Below are positions 24,999 to 38,021 of a stretch of 64,000 nucleotides of DNA, one piece after another; positions within the stretch are counted from its first letter, which is position 1, and every line of letters starts with the position of its first letter. The position numbers and the translations under genes were made by a program. The stretch is taken from positions 810,676-874,675 of the forward strand of contig RDEW01000002.1 of assembly GCA_011109175.1 (NCBI GenBank), read 5' to 3'. The notes under the pieces were generated by a model. That model was not told the DNA's origin. It was given only the letters and a program-made list of their open reading frames with translations, and ran no database searches. This stretch comes from Dicyema japonicum (lineage: Eukaryota; Animalia; Dicyemida).

Positions 24999-27900
24999 AT
25001 GAAAAAACGCTGGCCATAAAACCAATACGGGCCACAACATAACTAACAGAAATGACCTATCCTCAACACTTCTCCTTTGTTCCCTATATTTACAGGAAGG
25101 AAAATTTGACCAGTGCATTAAGGCAGCCAATTCTGCCATCCTTATCCACCCCGAAAGACCTGAGTTATACATATACTTGGGGACAGCCTGCCGAGCTGTT
25201 GGATCTCTTCAGTACGCCACGGAAGCGCTCAGTCGAGCCCACAGTATACTCCCTGACCACGTGCAGACGGCTAGCGAACTCGCCCAGTGCTACGTCTCAC
25301 TCGGTTATGTTGACAAGGCAGTGAACGTTTACCTAAATCTGCTGAAATATAAACCAGTTTGCTTAGTATTTTATTTAGAATATCATCGAGATTCAATTGG
25401 CTGTCGGAAATCTGCTAAAAGTTCAAGGTCGATTTTTGGAAGCAAAGGTTTGGCGGGCAAAAAACGGCATTTTTGGCAAAAATTGCGCGCTTAATCTGAA
25501 TTGTTAGGAGTTGTCGTGGTGGGAGACTGTATGCATAATGTTGTGCTAAAATCCTGGAAGAGTTGCAATCAGCAGCTGGGCAGCAGAGCTAATGTTTAGA
25601 ATTGGTTGATGGGACTGCTGAATTATCGACCTGACTGTGCCCAAGCAATGTATCTACTGGGAACTGTTTTCAGAGTGGAAGGAGAGTTGTGGCTGTCAAT
25701 TCACTATCTTGAGAAGGTTAGAGCCTTACTCCTCTATTCTTAGGCCACTCAGTTGGATCCCTCACTCTTTGAAGCCAAAATGGCCTTAGCTAACGCATTC
25801 AGAGAAGCCAAGCTGACAGACAGGTTGGTTGTACTCATCACAGCAGAGCAATCGCCATATATTCACAGATCAATGCCTCGTTTCCTAGCAATATTGAGTC
25901 TATCGTCAGTCTGGGTACAGCTTACTTGGAGAAGGGGTAACTTTACAGCTCACGCAGACTTTATGAGATGTCTATAGACTACTATCAGGCAGCTATAGCA
26001 CTGGATGGAAATTCGTCAGAGTATTATGGCTACCTCGGGAATGCTTTGAAGGAGAAGGGAATGGTGGTTGTTTCTTAACATGGCAGATTGAGGACTCTGA
26101 ACGCTGTTATGAGCATTCTCTGAAAATAAATCCGGCGCATATCGATTCCCTGAATAACCTGGCCAACATAAAACGGGAGAAAGGGAACCTTAATATGGCA
26201 ATAAGCCTATATAAGCAGGCTCTGAAGGTACACGTGCTCATAACTCAGATCTGTCCGACCATGGCTGTGGCACTGTCCAATCTGGGTTGCATATATCAGC
26301 AGATGGGGAAGTACAGTGAATCCTTCTCTTACTACAACGAGGCACTCCTGTATTAATTTTATATTCTCACCTTTTGTGTTACTTGTGATTATTACAGAAT
26401 TTCCCCCAACTTTGTGGACGCCCTGATGAACCTTGGGTGTCTGTATAAGGAAGTGCAAGACCTCAACAACTCCCTAAACTGCTTTAATCGGATTCTCTTG
26501 ATAAACCCAAACATTGCTGAAGCCCACAACAACATTGGGACGGTTTTTAGAGTAAATTTCTTTTTTTACTGTGTAGGACAACTCAAAGTTCATAGATGCC
26601 ATCCCCCATTTTAAAAAGGCTCTCAAATTGAAACCGAACTTCCCAGATGCTTTTTGTAATCTGTCTCACAGTTGCCTGGTATATTGTCGCACGGTTATTA
26701 TAGGTTGTCTGTGATTGGTCAAAATATGACGAACGGGTAAGACAGGTCGTTGCCATAGTGAAGGAGCAAATTGGTCGAAATCGCCCGCCTCCAGTACACC
26801 CTCATCACACTATGCTTTATGCGCCTCTTTCGGGCGAATTGGCTATTAAAATAGCAGAGAAATATGCTAACGCATGTGTTGACAAGGCAGTGATTGCTCA
26901 AAACTGCAGGCCAGGCAACTAAACCGGACGTATTCTTACAAAATGCCCGCCAAGGGAGAACGGATTAAAGTGGGATACGTCTCATACGACTTTTGCAACC
27001 ACCCAACCTCCCATCTAATGCAGAGCATTCCTGGACTTCACAACACTGAAGACTTTGATGTTTCATGAATATTAATATGTAGGTTCACTGCTATGCCCTA
27101 AATCCCCCTGATGGGAGTAAATTCAGGTCTAAGATAGCGGGGGAGGTAGAACATTTTGTAGACCTCTCCAACCTTCCTGACAGCGGACATGCGGCCGATT
27201 CAATAAATAATGACGGGATCCATATTTTGGTGAACATAAACGGGTACACTAAGGGAGCTCGAAATGAGATCTTTGCCCTGAGGCCCTCCCCAGTGCAGAT
27301 TATGTGGTTGGGTTACCCCAATACGAGTGGGAGTTCTTTCATGGACTACATAGTCCTGGATTCTGTCACTGCCCCCTTAAGATTGTCTCATTTGTACTCT
27401 GAGAAGCTTGCCCACATGCCCAGTTCCTTTTTCATTGGAGATCATCTTCAGGTTGTCGTTCGAGTTACCTCCAGATGTTTGGCCACCTCAAAAACCGATA
27501 TTGTCTGGTCAGGGACCGAAAGGCTGAGAACGACAAGATCATCAACTTTCCCGACAACTGTAAGTTCGTTACAATCACGGAGGTTTGATTTTCCGTGATT
27601 TCATTAGAAAGTTCCTTCAGGGATTTACCGTTCTGACATGAACCACGTGACTCTCGGTTGTTCTATCCCCAACATCATTGATTTGGCTGAGAAGGGAGAA
27701 CTCTACCTTCCCCAAGTTGATACAAAGCTCATTTATGGCTCGGCTATGCAAAAAGTAGTAGATTGAAGTCAATCTCTTAGTTATATCCCACTTGTGCTTC
27801 TGGGGAGGAGAGTATAAGCTACCCTGTGTACACGTGCAGGAAGATGTACAATCTCCCACAGAATGGCATTGTTTACTGCAATTTCAACCAATTTTACAAA

Positions 27901-28519
27901 TATGATCCCAATACCTTCGATCTCTGGTGTAGGATTCTCCAGAATGTGCCAAACTCTGTCCTCTGGCTGCTGATGTTCCCCCTGGAGGACAAGTGAATCT
28001 GTTGGAAGTTGTGCGAGGAAAGAAAATCGACGAAAAGAGGGTCATATTTTCAACTGTGGCGCCAAAAGTTGGTTGTTTTATGTAATTGCCAAAGGAAGAG
28101 CACGTGCGTCGAGGACAGTTGGCTGATGTGTGTCTGGATACTCATCTATGCAATGGGCATACGACGGGAGTAGACATTCTGTTTGGGGGGACTCCTATGG
28201 TGACTTTACCTGGGGAACATTTGGCCAGTCGAGTGGCTGCCTCCCAGTTGAAGGCGATTGGATGTGGGGAGTTGGTGGCGAAGACTGAGGAGGAATATGT
28301 GGATATTGCTACTCGCCTTGGAAATGAACCTTCCTTGTTTTAGTGGTGGTTATTTATAGTTTGGAGAGAGTTAAGAAGAAGGTTCGGGAGAATCGCTTTA
28401 ATGCTTCTATATTTAATGTGGAGGGATATGTGCGAGATTTGGAGGGATTGTACAAACGAATGGTTAATCAGCACATTTCCTTTGGACGACCTGATCATCT
28501 ATTGGCTCAGGATTATTAA
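24999..28519 (+). CDS. OGT: O-GlcNAc transferase (TPR repeats plus GT41 catalytic domain), about 17 introns, three apparent homopolymer-associated frameshifts
   Basis: [88 protein letters not shown]; stop TAA at 28517-28519. The start codon is uncertain. Confidence 0.95.
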
Positions 28520-28573
28520 TAATTTTTTAAATAAACCTTTATCACTTTTTGATTAATTATTTTTAATACCAGT

Positions 28574-29660
28574 GGTTTTCATGTCTGTCACGTGCTCGTG
28601 GAGAGAACTGGAAACATTGTAGCAAATCTTTTTTCCCTTATCAAGCTATTACTAAAAAGTTGGGGATATAATAACGAACTTACCAAAAATTGTATTGATA
28701 TACGTAACATAATCATTGTCTGACATTGCTCTTATCCAAGCTTACATCGGAATCCAAGACTCCACACTTCAAGAATAATTTTGTTATACGTGGGGTGGTT
28801 CACTTATTGATATTTCAGTGAATTACTTCCCCATCTGTCTATTGAACATATTAGGGATGTTCTCACAAATTGTCTGATTGCTGCTGACAAAAAATATATT
28901 CCACGTGGTTTCATTTCGTGTTCAGAGGTTATTTTAAAATCTTTAATTAATCAACTTGTTGCTAATTCTTGAAACGCGAATGCAAATTCTCTTAGACGTC
29001 ATACATCACGTCGAAAATCTCTGTCCGAACAAGCTTTTTTTTCTTTAACCGATTTAATGGGACACTCGATTAATCACGGATCGGTGGCTATGCTCTGGAA
29101 AAAATCAACAATCATTCCTATTCTGAAGCCTAATCGCTATTTTTCTGATTCTTCTAATCGTCCTATTTCACTTTTTTTCCCGAAGATTGCAGAAATAATT
29201 TTACTATTTTAGTCAAACTGTGGCTGTCATTTTAGTCAAACTGAGGTTTCATTCAACCACAGTCTTTCAAAACTGACTCAATTTATTGCTGACGGCTTTA
29301 ATGACAGTAAACCTCCGGAAAGTGTTACAAGTGGCATGTATTGATATCAGCATAGCTTTGACTGTTCATCGAGATACGTTCTAGCAGCAAGATCCTTGCT
29401 ACGAAAATCTTTTCCCGATTGAAAATGGTTACTTGCTTTCCTCTCTGATCGCATTGAATGGTTCTTTATTATGTCAACCTACTATCGTTATCGATATCTT
29501 CCAAATGGTGTTCATCAAGTCTCGGTCTTCTCTTCCAGAAGACAAGCCCCTCTTGTCCTTGTTCGCCTTCTAGTTCTGCGCCGCATAAAATATAGCTGAC
29601 TGATCTCTTAGAGTCTCTACTTTTGGTTATGACTTTATGTAACCACCGGTTTCCTTCACT
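28574..29660 (+). mobile_element. Degenerate APE/RT LINE with partial HDV-like 5' motif
   Basis: WKKSTIIPILKP...RPISL, DISIAFD and NGVHQ remnants. 5' GGTTTTC...TGCTCGT...GAGAACT-GG forms a 7-bp P1 followed by GG. Confidence 0.65.
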
Positions 29661-30577
29661 TGAAAGGGCATCCGGTTAAAGGAAAAGGAAAGAGGGTCTT
29701 CATCAAACTAAGTGATTTCGGAGTGACAAAGAGGAAGACGAGACCAACGGAGATCCTGTATTACCCTTTTATCGGGTATAGCGTCACCTCGTATTTTGAG
29801 TACATTTCAAGGTATTTGAGCTGGAATTGTGCTTAATGGACTCCCTATAAGGTGGTTGCCTCTATTAAGTTCCTCTGTTCATAAAAGTGGACTTGAAATT
29901 TGTTGACAGCTTATTAAACAGCGGTTAGAGTCACTTAATGGCACTTTAGTGAAAAGACACTCCATCTTGTATTTTTAATTGTCATAAAAAATTATGTGAT
30001 ACCGATTGAGTGACAAATACATTGGTAGTTTATGTCAGTACATTCAATCGGCAGTAAGTTTCTTGCATTTGCAAGCTGTACCACCGATCATCGCTCCAAC
30101 AGTAGAATATATCTGTTCTGCCTTGAGGTTTTCACCTATCTCTCCGAAACCATGCTTTTTTGTCAAGTCCTCCAGATCAGACCAGAAAAAAGACATCAAA
30201 TCGAGTTCCCTGAAGGTACATGTGGAGAACTACCGGAAACGATGGATCACTATTGACCATTCTATGAGAATTTGGAGAGTCTTGGAAACTAAATCACGGC
30301 TTGATACTTTTCTAGATGCTTTTGGAGATTTTAAGACAAGGGCTTTCAGACATCATGAAGCTAGGTAGACACAGGTAAAGGGATATTAAATGAAGTAAAA
30401 ATTTCCAAAGACCACCACGGTAACATAAAAACTAACTAATCACGTGATTCCAGCACGCTCTAAAAGACATTTCAACCTGGCCGATGGTCCTCCCTCGAGC
30501 ACACACAAGCACGTATCGGCCATATAACTGGCTCCTCGTAGTCTTAGCGGCACGTTCCTTGGTTCTTACGTATTAAG

Positions 30578-32168
30578 CAGAGCTTTTCAAAAATAATTCT
30601 CGCGGCACACTAATCGTAAAAAAAATAATCCACGGCACACATTAAAAAATAAAACAATTAATTTTTTAAGATGTGTAAAACTAAGTACAAAAATTGGTAA
30701 TTTAATGCCCAAATTTTTATTAATAAAAAAATGAATTCTTAATTATTATTGTTTTTGCATATATCATCAATATCATGTCGAATGGTTAACAACAGCACTC
30801 GCATTTCAGCACAAATCCGGCGAGAAACAGTGTTATCTGACAAAGGTATCTTCATTATTTTTTGTTCATATTTATGACCCAACATAGTCCGAGCAATAAT
30901 ACGACAAGCAGGGATTATCAAGTTTTCGCCAATATTGTGAGGTTTTAGTTGTTTTGCTATCACTTCTGAGATCAGGTATAAACATTTCAATGATTCCTTT
31001 GTGTTTAAAAAAGTTTCACTGAACATCATTTGACTAGATCTACGATTCATAGTAAAAACCAAATAATACTTAAGTTGTTTTTTTCAAATGGATAAAATAA
31101 TCCACAGATTTTTCGGAATAGTCCGGATGCTTGGAAGTAAAATGTCTCTTTAGTTTGCTAAGAACCATAGCATCACTTGCCAAAAAACCATGCAAATTAG
31201 ACATTGAGGTAGTTTATTTTTATCTTTGCATATACATCCAAATGACATATAAGAATCTTTACACTGAATCCCATAAATGTTGACCAATTCCCATAAATGT
31301 TGACCCAATTCCCATAAATGTTGACCCAATTCCATAAATGTTGTCCCAATTCCCATAAATGATGTCCAAGTTTATATATATTATACTAATAAATAATTTA
31401 GGAAAAAAGTATTTTATTCAATTAATCTGTTATTAATTCCATTTACCCTTTCCCAAAAACTGTAATATGAGGACAAATTCTCGGTTTCGAGACCACTCAT
31501 AACAAATCCGATAGTTGTTAGCAATTCTCCTCTTACAGTTACTCTTGTCTAATTACATTTAGGCGAGATTTCACACAATAAAAAAAGTTTTCAATTGGGT
31601 TCAAGTCAGTTGAATAAGGGGGTAAATAAAATGTTGTAACACTTTTGTATACACCTATTCAAACTCTTTTTACTGATCGAAGTGATAAATAGACTTTCGT
31701 TCATAAAAACCTTGCGACTTCTCATATCTGTATTAGTTGATAACAAATCTAAAAAATTAAAATTTTAAAATATAGATTTACTTGTGTATTATTTATATAT
31801 ATAACTTGGACATCATTTATGGGAATTGGGTCAACATTTATGGGAATTGGGACATCATTTATGGGAATTGGTCAACATTTATGGGAATTGGGTCAACATT
31901 TATGGGATTGAGTGTATAAGAACGACGAACTGATTTACCCATAAGCACGTTGATGCGCACGTTATTAAAAAATTTATAAATAATGGTTAACCAATGTAAA
32001 TGTCATTTAATGTATAATAAAAAATGATTATTTTAATTTTAGTAATTATTTTAATTCGTTTATCTTTTAAATTAATTAAGTCAAAAATGTATATAAATTT
32101 ATTCAAATTTGTATTTGGCAGGCGGCACACTAGAAATTGTCTTGCGGCACACCGTTTGACAACCTCTG
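30578..32168 (-). mobile_element. hAT (Charlie/Buster, ZBED5-like) DNA transposon, internally deleted
   Basis: CAGAG...CTCTG ends, subterminal GCGGCACAC repeats, TATTAAG on both flanks; RSYKDSYMSFG...PQCLIC and IAKQLKPHNIGENLIIPA...KIPLSDNTVSRRI. Confidence 0.9.
31262..31914 (-). mobile_element. Tc1/IS630-like non-autonomous element with long repeat-built TIRs, nested in the hAT transposase
   Basis: TA TSD; ~115-bp TIRs made of ~21-bp units ATTCCCATAAATGTTGACCCA; internal PYSTDLNPIENF motif. Removing the element restores the hAT reading frame. Confidence 0.9.
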
Positions 32169-32709
32169 TATTAAGGATTCCAGAGGAATTGTGACTGGAA
32201 CTTTCCAGAAGTCCACCGTTCCGTAATTTTAGAGCCCTTTTTGACTATGCATGGCTCAAACAAATTGGGATTCTTGCTTAGAATTCAAGAAACACAATCT
32301 TTGACAATTATCTAATTTTGTTAGACCAGGTAGCTTAAGATTAGGTTGTCATAATAACAGTGGTCCTGTGTTTGATCTTTTTAAATCAGAGTTTTCTTGA
32401 AGGTGATCCTGGAATGACTAGATGCCTTTTTCGAGACAACTGGTGAAGTAAGCAGGAACTCTGTCTCTCCTTAAGAGCTTGGGACTTCTGACTACGTTCA
32501 TAAGTCACAAAGTCCGTGAAGCACAGTGGCTCTATTAGCTGATCTCTAGTATGTCGTCAATTATGTCAACGGGGTCAGAATGCTAAAAGTGCTCTTGTGT
32601 TGTAATGCCTTGATCTCAACGTGAAACTGGATTGTCTAATGGGAAAGACAAAAAGGGGTTAAGAATATTCTTGATGCCTTGATCCCCTTCAAATAATTAA
32701 TTAGTTTAT

Positions 32710-35555
32710 CTGTTCTTTCTTTTTGTGTTTGTCTCTGCCAAAGTGGGCGGTTAAAGTAGAGATTTTTAGGGTTTCTGTGTTAATTGTGAAAGACAAGAAG
32801 CGACCATAGTGGAGTCGACAGATTATTAGTTGACATTTGAACTCTTGGCTATAGGCAAGAGCATGGGGAGTGTTAAACTTGCAAACCTGTAATGTGGATT
32901 GAAATCACTGAAAAATGCCAGAGTGACTGGAAAAGCCCCGGGATTTTCCGATTAAAGTTTAAAGAAAAGTCAGATAAATCTCATTCATTGAAGAGACTAA
33001 TCTATTTTCTCCTTTCGGGAAGAGAAACCACAAGGTGATCGAACTCAAGAAAAGCTTTCGGAAATTGTTCTAAAAAATGTGCCAATATGGACTAAGGAAG
33101 ACGAACTTATGACTTATATGAAAGAAATTGCTCCAACCACTGAGTCGGTGAAACTTATTGCCAGGAATGAAAGAAAACTCCCTGTTGTGAAGATTAGCTT
33201 AAAGTCAAGGGCAGAAGCTACGTCTGAGTCTCGTGATTGGATGGAAATTGATTGTGAGTGGGTCAGAAGACAACCCCCAAGATGCTTTAATTGTCAATAT
33301 TTCGGACACATTGCAATGGGGCAAAAAGATGTTTCTTATGTGGAGGACCACATAGTCCCCCGGAGAGCCCAGAACCTAACAATAGAAGATCCTGTATTAA
33401 CTGCGGGTCTGGTGATCACGGAACGAGTTATGCTGGTTGTCTGGTGGCCAGGAAAGCCGTGGCCTCTACAGGAAGAGGAACCGAATCTCATGGGTTAGGA
33501 ACATGGAGTAGATGAAAAAATCCTCCTCCACCACATTACCTAGATACGAAGTCTAGTGAAAACAAGCAGGACGCAATAATTAAAAATCGACCTCTAAAAT
33601 ACGATATTATGAATCCAACACAGAAAAAGCCAATTGTGGATCAAGAATATCTGGAGGAGAAGCTAAAAAGGTCCTGCTGGGAATCTATTCCGAGGGCATC
33701 TGAAAGACAGAACTTACATATGTGATCAACCGTCTAAACGAAGAGTGTGATAAGGTAAACTTGGATTTACTGCAAGTGGTGGCTCTGGTCCTGAAGAGAT
33801 CAGGCCGCCAAGACCAGTGATCCAAAACATAAGGATCATGCTCGTGAATGCCCGATCAATCCTGAGGAAGCATCGCGAGCTAGCTTCCCTGGCGAATGCC
33901 TAGGAAGGTGATATAATAAGTCAAATGAGAATACAGTACTCCCGGATTTTGAATCGATATCTTTATACTGGAAAGAAGGGGCTATACCAGGGACTGGAAC
34001 ATCAATTTTTTGTCGGTGTCATCTAAAGACAAGGAATCCGAGATTTGTTTCATCAATTTGTTGTGAGTTTGTAGCCATTGATGTTCGCTGTGTCGACGGA
34101 TGGCTCGCAATTGGCGGTATTCCAAATCCTTGAAGGAATGTACCGGAGATATCTCCCAGTTCTTCAGTGAAAACCCGATGGCCATACTGGGAGGACATCC
34201 ATTGGCTGCAAGAAGAGTAACATGGATGGCAAGCTGCTGATGAAACTATTGTACGGATGGTAGCGAAAACAGGGAGACCGACGAATGATCCTGCTAACTC
34301 CGCCCGATCAGCTGATTCGGTCAATTTCAAAAATTATGGAAAAAATTGAGATGCAGCAGAAAAAAAGGACTTGCTCATATACGACCACTCCTGAAACCTA
34401 GAAGACGAAAAGACAATATAGCATCATTCAGGTCGACTGGAAAGCTAGTCCTTTCAAAAATTAATGATGTTCTACCAGATATGTCATTTCAGCATGGGTT
34501 CAAAGCAGAAGATCAAATTCACTCATTTAACCACCCTGGCGGATTTTACCAGGAAAGGATTCACAAAAAATCCCAGACATCTGAAGACGGTACTTTTTTC
34601 CGTGGATATTTGACTTTGTTTTCAGGAAAAACTTAACTTGGAAATATTCAATCGGAAATCCCTTGAAACCTTAAACTCTGGTTGACTAACTTTCTCAGTG
34701 GTCGGAGGGGCGTATTTTTTTGATGATTTAAGACCGGCATCACGACTTCTCACGATTGGCGTCCCCCAAGGATCATCCCCTATCCCCTTTATTGTTCAAC
34801 CTATTTACGGGTGATCTTCCCATTCCAGAAAACGAGAACGACATGTTATTAACTTATGGAGATGGCATTGTTTGACCTCACGTGATCAAGATATTCAGGT
34901 TGCAACATCAAGATTGCAACAACACGTGGACTGTTAGAGGACAACCACAATCGATTATTCCAGAAGATCAGTTACTACATTATCCATGTTCGGAGAAAGA
35001 TTAAGCAGACGGACGGTGGAGCTAAAAGTGAATAATGCAGACATCCCTTTAGCAAACACCAGAAATTTCTGGGAGTCACATTTGACATGTCGAAAACGTG
35101 ATCATCAAATGGGAGAAAAAGGCTAACGTTCTGAAAAGCATCTCAGGAGTATGGGAGGGATAAAACCATCCAGTCTTGAACTCCATATGCAAACACTTCG
35201 TCGAGCCATGTATCTCATATACGTGTGCTTCATTGGATCCGTTTATCTGTTGGACAAATTCTATGAAAATCTAAGCCAGCTAAAAAAGGGCTTCCATGGA
35301 CTTCTGGAGAGTCCCAGTTTCCAATGCCTTTCGAATCTTTATACGAAAAAATACGTGCGACTACGAGGAACCAGTTATACGGCTGATACGTACGTGCGTG
35401 GGCTCGAGGGAGGATCATCGTGCCAAGTTGAAGTCTATTTGAAGCGTGCCAGGACCACGTGATTAGTTAATTTGGTATTAGGGCAGCCACTGTATGGCCA
35501 TTTGTTCATTTTATTTTGTCATTAAATAATAAACTGTGGTCTTTGGGATTATTAT
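32710..35555 (+). mobile_element. Two-ORF APE LINE (gag-like ORF1 with three zinc knuckles, APE, RT), decayed
   Basis: CFNCQYFGHIA, CFLCGGPH, CINCGSGDH; IMLVNARSI; FQHGFK, GVPQG, KFLGVTFD. Confidence 0.85.
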
Positions 35556-36427
35556 AGCATGACTGATATCACCGGGGTTACTTGCACTAAGAGCTATAAA
35601 ATCACTTTGATTTGCCAGAAAGTATATAATCCTTGAGTAATTTCTGCTTTTGACTAAAAAACCGCGGTTAAATAAAAAAATGCTTTTGAACTGACAAAGA
35701 AATGGTTTACGGACAAAAGGAACATAATTCAAACGCCTTTTGACATCCAAATCCGAAGGAATAACGGAGGAGGCCAAATCCAACGTGATCAGGATACAAA
35801 CCAAACCCAACGAACTTGTCGAACCAAGTTGTGAGTCTGAATTCAACTTTTCGGGATCACTTAGTTTTTTTTCGGTTTACCTGTGGTCTTGGAATAAAAA
35901 TTTAATCTAATGCACCTTACACAGAAGACGCCTAATGCTTGGCTAGCATTCAAAGGTTCCATCTCTTTATTCCACCGGGAGATTATTTCGCTCCCTGGAT
36001 CCTCTACTGGAAATCTTCATGATCATGGGATAAGGTATTTTGGTTTTACCTTTGGTCTTTGAAATAATTTCGATCTGACGCACATGACATTTGCACGTGT
36101 TACCTATGGAAACTTTGGTTCTCCTAGCAATTAAAAGAATTGGTCTTACAGCGATGTGGAGCACCTTTGTAAAGTTCTAGTGACTGTTTTGCTCTTTCTG
36201 CCTATTAGATGACCAGAATACCACTTCTTCTCTTGTACGGGCCAGCCTTTGAGTTATGCGCTATATATCTAACGAATATTTGCGAGCGTCCACCCTTGGT
36301 AGGATATTCCTGTTATACACCGGTAACCTTCAAATACCAGGAGATAATAAATAAACAAAAATTTTTTTTTAAAATTAAACTTATTTTTAAATAAATTACT
36401 ATATTTTAGGAGGGAAATATTTTTCAA

Positions 36428-38021
36428 ATGGAATATGGTACTGTGTGTATTTAATTAGGTTTTAATGAATTATTAACCCCAAATTTCCAACTTTAATTCA
36501 TTCAAAGAAGAAATGTAAAGAATATAAGGCTAATAGGTACAGAACAAACCAGTCCACATTGAGTAAAAAGCCAACCATACCGAAAATATTACAAAATCAA
36601 TTCAAGGTACTATACAACCTTAAATATTATTAGCAATAAACGAAGGAAGAGGTCTGGCAAGTGGAGAAGTTGGAATTGCCTCAATTAAGCCTCAAGAGTC
36701 TGCTATTCTCACTCTCACCCAATTTTCCGACACAATCTGTTATTCCCGATTAATAGCCTACTGCAACATTTTGCAACCAAGTGATTTTGTTTGTTCCAAA
36801 ACCATGTCCACCAAGATAAATGGAGTGAATGTTATAAGGGAGAATATGGGTGAATCCAACATTAACTTTATCGATAGGATTTTTTCTGATTTATTGGGTT
36901 TTATTTAATAGTGATTGTTGGCAGAGTCTGTTGCGGAATTGGATTTGATCTATTCCCTCTCCCACGTCTGCACCTTTTCTGATTATGGTTTGTATTGTTA
37001 GCATATAGTTCGTCCTGAATTATCATCTTCCATTGTATTGAGGAATGGAAGACATCCAATTATTGACAGACTCGACTCTAATTTTGTTCCCAACCATACT
37101 GTTTGTTAATTAGTAATATATAGTACATCACTGGGAGTAACAGAATCCACATTATAGGAGGATTTAACATGGTAATGATTGTGTTACAACAGAGTGGGAA
37201 AACAACTTATTTAAGACAGGTGGCCCTTCTACTAATAATGACTCAACTTGGGTCGTTTGTCCCCGCAGATTATGCGTGCTTCAAACTTGCTAATCAAATT
37301 GTGTTCCACTATGGTCGATCAGAGACTGGATCGTCACTTTCCACATTCGAAACAGATGTTTATATATAATAATAATTTAGATGCAACTAATGTCAGGATT
37401 GCTCAGGTCTTGTGGAAATAACTCATATGTCTTTATTGATGAATTATGCTGCTGTACTCTCTCTTGTTATTACAGCAACTGACCAATGGCTGGAGCGGCC
37501 ATTTATATCTCTATTTTGGAAGAGTTGTGTAAATTGGGGGTATTACTTTCAATAATTTAGTCGATTGTGTAAATAGCTACTAATATTGATAAGGTCTGTC
37601 TTTTGGAAGATATCAATCCTTGTGTTGAAAAGTTACTCTGTTTATTATTAGAGCTATCACTTTGTGACCTCACAACAAATTGGACGCCTTCTCTTGTATT
37701 TAAACACGCTTTGAAAAGGGGAAAAGTACATCGACTGATTATGGTTGTGGTTGCACCTATTAGGCATTACTTTGGCTTCAATGACCAGTCTGCCCTCTGA
37801 AATATTAGTAAGTGCTAGGAATGTTCAGAGACTATGGGTGACATGGAAGTATTTATTATTTTTATATTCAGAATGAGGACATTTCACGTATTAATGCTAT
37901 TAAAGTGAAAAAGGCAAAAATGAGGCTGGTTATTAAACTAGAGGATATTGCTAAAGGTAACTGCTTTTGATGAAAACTCAATGAGGTTATATCTAAAGAA
38001 ATTAAGACGAGAATACGATGA
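36428..38021 (+). pseudogene. MSH4: MutS homolog 4 (meiotic), internally deleted and disrupted
   Basis: AINEGRGLASGEVGIASI (MSH4 connector), then directly AELDLIYSLSHVCTFSDY|VRPE, GFNM|SGKTTYLRQVAL, SSLSTFE, FIDEL; short introns retained; in-frame stops near 36907-36915 and at 37570-37572. Confidence 0.85.

Noticed and set aside
31262-31914. Regular ~21-bp repeats resembling a CRISPR array
   Set aside because: There are no spacers; the units form inverted terminal repeats with a TA TSD in eukaryotic DNA.
36907-37572. In-frame TAA/TAG/TGA as a sign of stop-codon reassignment
   Set aside because: Intact genes (CPOX, PCCB, OGT) have no internal stops after splicing and end in TAA or TAG; internal stops occur only in decayed loci.
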